A DNA stretch of 64,000 nt from Prorocentrum cordatum. Taxonomy: Eukaryota. The notes beneath the pieces were generated by a model, which saw only the letters and a program-made list of their open reading frames with translations, ran no database searches and was not told the origin of the DNA. Location of the stretch: positions 1 through 64,000 of the forward strand of contig CAUYUJ010000040.1 of NCBI GenBank assembly GCA_963575745.1, given 5' to 3'. Below, piece by piece: positions 58,280 to 64,000 of the stretch (position 1 is its first letter; the number at the start of each line of letters is the position of its first letter). Both the position numbers and the translations under genes were made by a program.

Positions 58280-60330
58280 GGTCGAAGATGGGGAAGCCAG
58301 CTGCCGTAGTCACTCGGGTTGCGGTGCGTCTCGATGCGCCGCCGTGCCCAGCGGGCGCTGCTCGCCACTTGCCAGGCCGCCCCGCGTCGGACCAGCGCCA
58401 GCAGGTCCCACGCGCGCGACCTCCCTCGCCCCGTCGCCAAGACCTCCGGCACGTTGTCGCCCAAGGGCAGGAGGGCCGTGGAGTGGTGGCCCAGGTCGAC
58501 GCTGTGCTCCTCGAGCCCCGTGAGCGCAGCGCGGGCCTCGAGGTTGTGAATCCTGTCGGGCCGCTTCCACTTGCCGACGACCACCGCTCCCCAGCGCCTA
58601 GGATCCCCCGAGATGCACTGAAGGCCGGCGCGCGGCCCGCGTCCTCCACGAGCGGCTGGCGCTCGGACACGAAGCGGGCCCTCGCGTCGGCGACGTCGCC
58701 CAGCAGGTGCTCGCGGGCGAAGTCCGTCAACGCGCCCTCCAGCACGGCCCCTTGCCTCCGGCCAGCGCGCCCTGGAGCTCGCGGCGGCGGTCGAGCCCGA
58801 GCGAAGCAGGCTCGGGCAAGCGGAGCCGCCGCCGCTCGCGGTGCTGAGCGGCGCTCCAGACCTCGCGGGGGGAGACGGTGGCCCGATGGACAGCGAACCC
58901 GTGCTCGGAGGCGTCGGAGCAGCGCGCGACGTCCGCGAAGCCCCGCCCGAGCTCGACGACGGCGAGCGGCAGCGGGCCCCGGATGATGCGCAGCTCCTCC
59001 AGGGTCGCCCCGTCGAGCCTCCTCGCGGGCCCCACCCCGTCGCCGATGAAGCGGGAAGCGCAGGCACGACAGCTGCTCGCGCCGCGCCGAGAAGCGGTCG
59101 ACGAGGTGGCCGACCACCCTGCGCATCTGCGAGGGCGCCAGCGCGGGATGGCGGAGGAGCTCTTCGATGGCAAACCACAACCGCCACGTGCGTCGCCGGC
59201 GGGGCAGCAGCATGCGCCTCCTGCCGCGGATCCCCCCGCCGACAAGCTCGAAGTCGGCCTGGGGCCTCTGCTCCCCATGGAGGACAATGCCGAGCCGTAG
59301 CAGCTCGGAGCGAAAGGCGACGTGGCCTCGTCGCGCGGCCTCGGGGGCCCCGCGATGATGTTCCCGTTGTCCACGCGCAGCGCGATGACGACCGAGTCGC
59401 GGCAGAAGGGCGGCGGCGGCGCCCAGTCGGCGACCGCGGCCGCAGGCTGGCCCAAGCTCGCGAGGGCCCGCCGAGCCGCAACCCCCCAGCGCCCCGCGGC
59501 ATCAGAACAGCGCCCAGCTCCAGCCCATCGGCAGCCCCCCAAAGCAAGCCCAGAGGCGGTCCTCGAGTGCGACCTCCACGGAGCCGTTCTCCTGTTCGCT
59601 GAAGTCGGAGGCGACCCCGGCCGCGGCGGCGGTGGAGGACTCTCCGAGAGAGCACCAGCTGGCGACCGAGTCGACCCTGAACTGGTGGAACCCGTCCTGG
59701 AGATCCACGCCCGCGTAGGCCACCTCTGGGGTCGCGTCGGGGGAGCAGTCAAACCCCGACGCCTCCGCCGAGAGCTCGCACCACTCGTCCGAGAGCACGA
59801 GGTTGCCGGCGCGCCCGGCGTAGCCAGGTGCGACTTGGGCGCGCGGCGGTGGAGCTGGCTCGTCGGCTGACAATCCAGAACCAGCCCGATAGCGTCGTCC
59901 TTTTTCTTGACGAAGGCCCCGCACTCAGCGCGAGCGCGAGCCGCCGCGCCACGAGCCCGACGACGTCGAGGCGCCGGATGAAGTCGCGGCGAGCCGGTCC
60001 CGGCAGAGCGAACTGCATATCCCAGCGAGACTTGACCGTGCCATCCACGGCGGCGAGCTCGTCGGGCGGGAGGACGATGAGGTTGTTGAGGTCGCGGAGG
60101 CACTTGCCGCACTCGCCGCCCACCGCATCCAGGGCGCCCAGCGGCACGGTGGTCCGCCCTGGAGCTTCGAGGGATCGTAATCCGCCTGAGTGGTGTTCTC
60201 GTCCAGGTCGTAGATGGACTTGCACTGTGCCAGCTCGGCCAGAGCCCCTCCTGGGACCTCCTCCGCCACGTCGGGCGCGGGTGCGAACTGCTTAGCTGCT
60301 CTGACCACGTTGCGTAACGTCGCGCCCTGC
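58280..60330 (-). mobile_element. Degenerate DIRS/Ngaro-type retroelement RT-RNase H fragment
   Basis: FVKKKDDAIGLVLDC; VDLQDGFHQF; GLPMGWSWALF; LRVDNGNI (YxDD equivalent); RNase H CSDAS, IHNLEARA, LGDN..VLATGRGRS, NPSDYGS. Frameshifted; no tyrosine recombinase seen. Confidence 0.7.
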
Positions 60331-60564
60331 GCAGCCGCGATATCAGCATCAAAATGACGGTGGGGCTCCTCGGCGCGACGAACCCGCCCCGGCTGGCAGC
60401 GCGCCAGCCCTGGGGTCCACAGGATCTATTTTTCAGATCCAGGGCGGTTGGATCAGATCCACTGCGTCGGATCAGATTTGGGCTTCTGGCCCGAGGCGGA
60501 TCAAATCCGACCCTTTGGATCTGATCCGCTATCTCGGATCAGATCCGTGTGCAAGACACAATGA

Positions 60565-60845
60565 TATGTAAACTGTATAAGCATATTCTTACATACTGTA
60601 TAAGTATATAAAGTATATATATGTATGCTGTGTGTATATATATGCATATATATACATCTACATATCCATAGGTTTATGTATATACATATATATATACATG
60701 TGCACACTGTGTGTATATGTACATAAATATATATATGTACAAACATATATACATATATATACATATATATATATGTATGTAGATAGATGCGTGTATATAT
60801 ATATACTCGCATCTAAACATCGATTTATATGTATATGTAATGGAT
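60565..60845. repeat. Degenerate (TA)n/(TATG)n microsatellite
   Basis: Direct inspection. Confidence 0.9.
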
Positions 60846-61824
60846 ACGCGCGCGCGTCCGAGTTCTGCTTTTGGGTTCTGTATGGTCCGAAAAACAGAAT
60901 TTAAAAAAATGGTGGCTCTTTAAGGAGGCCGACGGACGCATCCATTTATTTGTATTGTGGACAATACAGAACTGCGACGCGCGCGCGCGTCTGAGTTCTG
61001 CACTGTCCAATAGAAATCGTCACGTAATTCCAAAAACTGAGTTCAAAACTTCTGTGGTTTATTAAGGGGGCCGACGGACGCGGTGGTTTAGTTGTATTGC
61101 GGGCGATGCAGATCTCAGGCGCGCGCGCGACCCCTGAACGTGTGTGTGTTGCGTTGTGGCGTGGTGTGCTGTGTGTTGTGTGCTGTGTTGTGCTGTGCTG
61201 CGCTGTGCCATGTCGCTCCTGGCCCATAGGCGCTTACTTCAGCAGGCTGGCGGAATGGCGCAAGCCGAGCACAAAAATCAGCGGGGCGGCGGAAGCCATC
61301 GGAATACAGTATCCGCGGAACGGCGGAAGCCATCGGAATACAGTGGTTATCTAAATCGGAAGCGGCCCAAACAAGATGGCCCCGTTTTAAGGCGACCAAG
61401 ACAGCTTCCAAGGCATCCAGCGTAAGTCTTGGCAGGTTTGCTTGACGCGGCGGGACAGCCAAGGGGCCCAATATGGCTTATCTTCCTCCTCGTTGTCCCC
61501 CTCTCTCATTTCTTGTTCTCTTTCCGCACCCTCATCTTCCTCCTCCCTTTTGTCGTTTGCACGTCTTCTCTTGCATTGTGTATGTTCTTATTCTTTTCCT
61601 TGTTTCCCGTATTTCTACTCACCCTTAGCATCATCTTTGTTTTTATTTTTTCTTTCATATGTCTTAGTTTTGTCACGTTTAGTTCCCCCTTTCTCTTCTA
61701 CTTTCCTTGGTCCCCTTCTCCTTTGAGTTTTGAGCTTTGGGCGAGATATCGGGACCGCTGGCATCCAGAGGGAAAGTGTTCTAAGACAGCGTGTGAGCAC
61801 GTGCGTGCTGGAGCTCACCTGTTT

Positions 61825-62037
61825 TTTGGACGCCCGAAATGGGCACCGAAAGAATGGGTACAATGCCCAACAGCAAGTGTTGTCCCAAACCAACAGCGGC
61901 CGCTGTTGGGCAGGCGGCCTCCTGTCTCGAATGGACACAGGCCGCGGCGGCGTGGACAGCGAGCCCTGTTCAAAATGAACAAGGTCCGCTGTTGGGCATT
62001 GTACCCATTCTTTCAGTACCCATTTCGTGCGTGCAGA
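61825..62037. mobile_element. 213-bp MITE with ~50-bp TIRs and 5-bp TSD TGTTT
   Basis: TTTGGACGCCCGAAATGGGCACCGAAAGAATGGGTACAATGCCCAACAGC is inverted at 61988-62037. TGTTT at 61820-61824 and 62038-62042. Confidence 0.85.
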
Positions 62038-62717
62038 TGTTTGAGCTCGTGAATGCTGGAGCTCATCGGTCTTCGCATCCCTCGGAGATTCCAAAAGGGT
62101 TGGGTTCCTTCTCTGAAGGATGCGACGGACGTTGACCTCAAGAATTCTCTTGCTCAAGCGGTGTGTCTGACATGGCCATGGTGAGCATGACGATGATGAT
62201 GGTGTTGATGATGATGTCGTCTCCGCAACCATCGATCTGACAGATGCGACACGTGCACTCGCAGTGAAACGTCTTGCACCGATCGGCCAGGAGCGAACTG
62301 CGTATCACCAGCGAGGAAGTTCAATCACCCCTCAGAGTCGGTTGGAATCTCGTGCCGCATTTGTTCAACGAGATCGGTGTCTCGAGCCTTACGGCATTCA
62401 TCACAATCGCAGGCTGCTTGCGCAAGGCTCACGATCGAAGACGCACGCTTCTTTAGCACACGGAGTCGGACCCCTTGCCTGAAATTCTTCATCCTCAACA
62501 CGCGCACCAGTTTGAGCAATGCACGGAAACGCCTCTTCACGATGGGGTTCGATTTGGTGATGTACACGGGAACTTTGGCCGGCTGCCATCTCAGATTCTT
62601 TTTTATGGCCATCGGGTGGTGTATGCTGGAGTTGAAAATCGATGGAGTTGAAAACCGCCCAAATGGCTCGAGCACGAACTGCCTCTACGGAATTGTTGTG
62701 CCCAGGGTGGTTGCCAA

Positions 62718-62905
62718 GTGTTGCATAGCATTGCGTAGCATTGCATCGTATTGCCACGCCCAGCATAGCATAGCGTTGCACAGCCTGTTTTGTTACGTCC
62801 AACTTAGCATTGCATAGCGTTGTTTGTTGCATCCAACGTAGCATCGCACAGCGTTCCAGAACCTAGGATAGCCGATAGCATAGCATAGCATAGCATAGCA
62901 TGTTC
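62718..62905. repeat. Degenerate (GCATA)n pentanucleotide repeat
   Basis: Direct inspection. Confidence 0.8.
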
Positions 62906-63047
62906 CATGCAGCTTCATTCGCATAGCATGCGCAAGCTCCCGATGCATCAGTCAGTATACTTGTTGTCTCTATGCCGTCCGAGCCGCGCTAGGTCACACC
63001 CACCCGCAGGGGAAAGCCAGATGCGCTTGGTCGCCACGGTTGGGACT

Positions 63048-63265
63048 CCTCCCCCCATCCTCCTCCTCCTCCTCCTCCTCCTCCTCCTCCTCCTCCTCCT
63101 GATTCTCCCCCTCACCCTCCTCCTCCTCCTCCTCCTCCTCCTCCTCCTCCTCGTCCCCCTCCTCCTCCTCCTCCCCCTCCCCCTCCTTCTTCTCCGCCAC
63201 GAATGGATTCGGCTCGAGTTCTTTGTCAGAGCTGGCTCCCAACAAAGGGAGAGAAAGAAAGAGAT

Positions 63266-63322
<57 letters not shown>

Positions 63323-63810
63323 CCAAGAGCGAGAGAGAGAGAGAGTGGGTCAGGTGGATGAAGGGTGATGCATCTTCTCTTACTCAAGGTCAAAGACGCT
63401 TCGGCGTGTAAATCCGAGAGTCCAATCCGAGATCGGCGATGATGTGAAACGACTTAAACACTCGATGCTCGAACTTGTTGGCATGCGCGTGCTCCGCAAC
63501 GGTTCTGAATATCAAATTCAGTGCCTCATCTTTCCACACAGCATACCAAGTTGGATTTCCGTGCCATTGGATCCTGGTGGAACTTCTCGGACAACCGACC
63601 GACGACGGGCACGAGGACGAGGAGCAGGAGCATCCGAGGACGAGGGGGACAGGGAGAGGAAAGGAGATGAGGAGGAGGACGCGGAGGAGGAGGCGGAGGA
63701 GGAGGCGGAGGAGGAGGCGGAGGGGGAGGAGGAGACGAGGAGGAGGATGAGGAGGAGGAGGGCTAGTAGCCCCTCGCCTCCTCGTCCTGCCTCCTCCTCC
63801 TCTCTACCTC
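63048..63810. repeat. (CCT)n, (GA)n and (GGA)n simple-repeat tracts
   Basis: Direct inspection. Confidence 0.9.
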
Positions 63811-64000
63811 GTCCTCGTGCCCTCAGTCGGTCGGGTGTGCGAAGCCCCGCTCCTCTCCGCAAGGTGGGCGCTGAAATGAAACTTAGGAACGAAGTGCGCG
63901 TGGGCGCGTCCACACCGTAGCAGACAGGATTGCATCATGTCGAACAGTTTCTGAATGCTAGGGCGGGGCACGGCGATTGGCTCATCCTTCAGCGCAGTGT

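Noticed and set aside
62043..62700. Possible decayed coding fragment flanking the MITE (minus strand)
   Set aside because: Frameshifted, with no diagnostic motif that could be named with confidence.

Overview
Eukaryotic, GC-rich, repeat-saturated window with no clearly identifiable host gene. The GA/GC intron donors and the retroelement protein signatures suggest a dinoflagellate genome (Prorocentrum/Symbiodinium-like); this assignment is inference. Contents from left to right: (1) A degenerate Helitron at 1-~10.7 kb, with HUH Rep, Pif1-type helicase and a downstream RPA70/OB-fold-like gene. Its coding sequence is split by GA-AG and GC-AG introns, two of which carry their own terminal inverted repeats and flanking direct repeats (Introner-like). 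(2) About 11 kb of microsatellites and satellites. (3) A decayed minus-strand Copia-like gag-PR-IN element interrupted by a foldback element, followed by LINE fragments. (4) An old Copia LTR element at 40447-55096 (TSD CGGGG, TG...TA LTRs) whose polyprotein carries a C5 cytosine-methyltransferase-like domain between protease and integrase. (5) Nested inside it, a young, nearly intact Copia element at 43682-50590 (TSD AGAAG) with an extra 282-aa ORF upstream of gag-pol. (6) A second Helitron helicase fragment, an 89-bp tandem array, a DIRS-type RT/RNase H remnant and a small TIR MITE. All protein calls come from motif recognition by eye, without database searches.
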